A DNA stretch of 64,000 nt from the NCBI GenBank assembly GCA_965203355.1, contig OZ241889.1, positions 800,001 through 864,000 of the forward strand, written 5' to 3'. Below, one piece after another: positions 62,972 to 64,000 of this stretch; within the stretch, counting starts at the first letter, position 1, and each line of letters starts with the position of its first letter. Under the pieces are notes generated by a model. It worked only from the letters and a program-made list of their open reading frames with translations. It was not told where the DNA came from and made no database searches. Both the position numbers and the translations under genes were made by a program. This DNA is from Candidatus Latescibacterota bacterium (lineage in GTDB: Bacteria > Latescibacterota > UBA2968 > UBA8231).

Positions 62972-64000
62972 CCACAGATGTTAGGCTTCCGGTTGAAGGA
63001 TGTTGGGTTCGGCGGCGCGGTACTACGAGGAGTCCGTCGGGGATAGTAGTGAAAAAACCCATAGAAAAAAGCTCATTAAAGGTCAAAGTTAAGTGGCCTG
63101 ACCATCGGGAAGAGTGGATAGATGTTGGGAGCTTGGAATCGGGTTTTCAATCGGGCTGGACCGTTCAGGATGTGCCAATCTCGGCAACACGCAAGTCGCG
63201 AGGACGGGGAATAATCGTTAGCCAACGCAAAATAGCTCAACATGATCAGTACCTCGTGCAATTCGACGAAGACGGACGTTCAGATTGGTTGCCATACGAG
63301 AATCTACGTCGAATCAAATCAGTGAAAATGCGTTACGAGCGTACCGAAACGGGTATCGAAGACCACGCCGAGAGATTCCGGCTTCGACTTTTGGCACACG
63401 CACTCGAAAACTGGAATCACCTGACTGGTTCGCTAGATCGCTTGGATGTCGACCCGCTACCGCATCAGATCCAACTCGTCCACCGGATTTTGAGTTCTGG
63501 AAACTACAACTGGTTAATAGCCGATGACGTCGGACTAGGCAAAACCATCGAGGTCGGATTACTTCTTGCAGCTCTCAAGCGCAAAGGACAAGCACGTCGT
63601 GTGCTGGTAGTTTCGCCGGCTGGCCTAACTCGACAATGGCAGGACGAGCTCAAGTACAAGTTTGACCAAACATTTATGATATACGGACGTGATTTCAATA
63701 TTCACGATCACGATCACTGGAAACGCTACGACCATGTAATTGTCTCCATTGATCTCGCCAAGCGGGAAAATCACCTGGATATATTTCGGCAGGCCGATGG
63801 ATGGGACATCGTTGTATTCGACGAAGGCCACAAGCTCACCCGACATGCCAGTGGCGATCGAGCAGATCGCTATAAATTGGCAGAAATGCTGCGGCCGATG
63901 TCCGATAGTTTTTTTCTTTTAAGTGGTACCCCTCATCAAGGTTATGTGGATCGATTTATATCGATCTTGGAGCTCGTACGGCCGGATCTAAGCCGACAGA
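62968..64000 (+). CDS. SNF2/RapA-like helicase (3' end outside the window; missing from the ORF track)
   Basis: Manual translation from ATG 62968: ...DPLPHQ...LIADDVGLGKTIE...VLVVSPAGLTRQWQDEL...WDIVVFDEGHKL...LLSGTPHQG. Confidence 0.92.
   Translation, partial: MTTDVRLPVEGCWVRRRGTTRSPSGIVVKKPIEKSSLKVKVKWPDHREEWIDVGSLESGFQSGWTVQDVPISATRKSRGRGIIVSQRKIAQHDQYLVQFDEDGRSDWLPYENLRRIKSVKMRYERTETGIEDHAERFRLRLLAHALENWNHLTGSLDRLDVDPLPHQIQLVHRILSSGNYNWLIADDVGLGKTIEVGLLLAALKRKGQARRVLVVSPAGLTRQWQDELKYKFDQTFMIYGRDFNIHDHDHWKRYDHVIVSIDLAKRENHLDIFRQADGWDIVVFDEGHKLTRHASGDRADRYKLAEMLRPMSDSFFLLSGTPHQGYVDRFISILELVRPDLSRQ

Noticed and set aside
63076-63922. Several short ORFs in the track at the window end
   Set aside because: They are shadows of the single SNF2 helicase frame starting at 62968.

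Overview
GC-rich bacterial chromosome segment. The gene content points to an FCB-group lineage such as Ca. Latescibacterota/Handelsmanbacteria; this is an inference from the FlgD/T9SS-type C-terminal domains, PorV-like barrels and the PhyH/Gfo catabolic genes. Positions 1-49 kb are mostly core genome on the minus strand: a stand-alone groEL with a CIRCE element, lipB-icd-moaC, mfd-PPIases-nrnA-argF, tRNA-Ala(GGC), tgt/yajC/fmt, an envelope operon with two PorV-like barrels and two paralogous lipoproteins, a sigma-70 factor, rhaB, purC, secA, nusB and the rib operon. Positions 49-61.5 kb are accessory: catabolic enzymes, toxin-antitoxin modules, gene remnants and an AAA-DUF4143 ATPase. From about 61.7 kb a lower-GC island begins with an acidic orphan protein and a SNF2/RapA-like helicase that runs off the window. 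The most notable items are (1) a triplicated 90-95 bp unit upstream of the sigma factor, each copy carrying an ECF-type promoter motif; (2) the minimal T9SS-like operon; (3) twin palindromic operators in front of the DUF4143 ATPase; (4) a chimeric gene replacing a HigB-like toxin; and (5) the candidate defence island. All family assignments come from motif recognition by eye; no database search was run.
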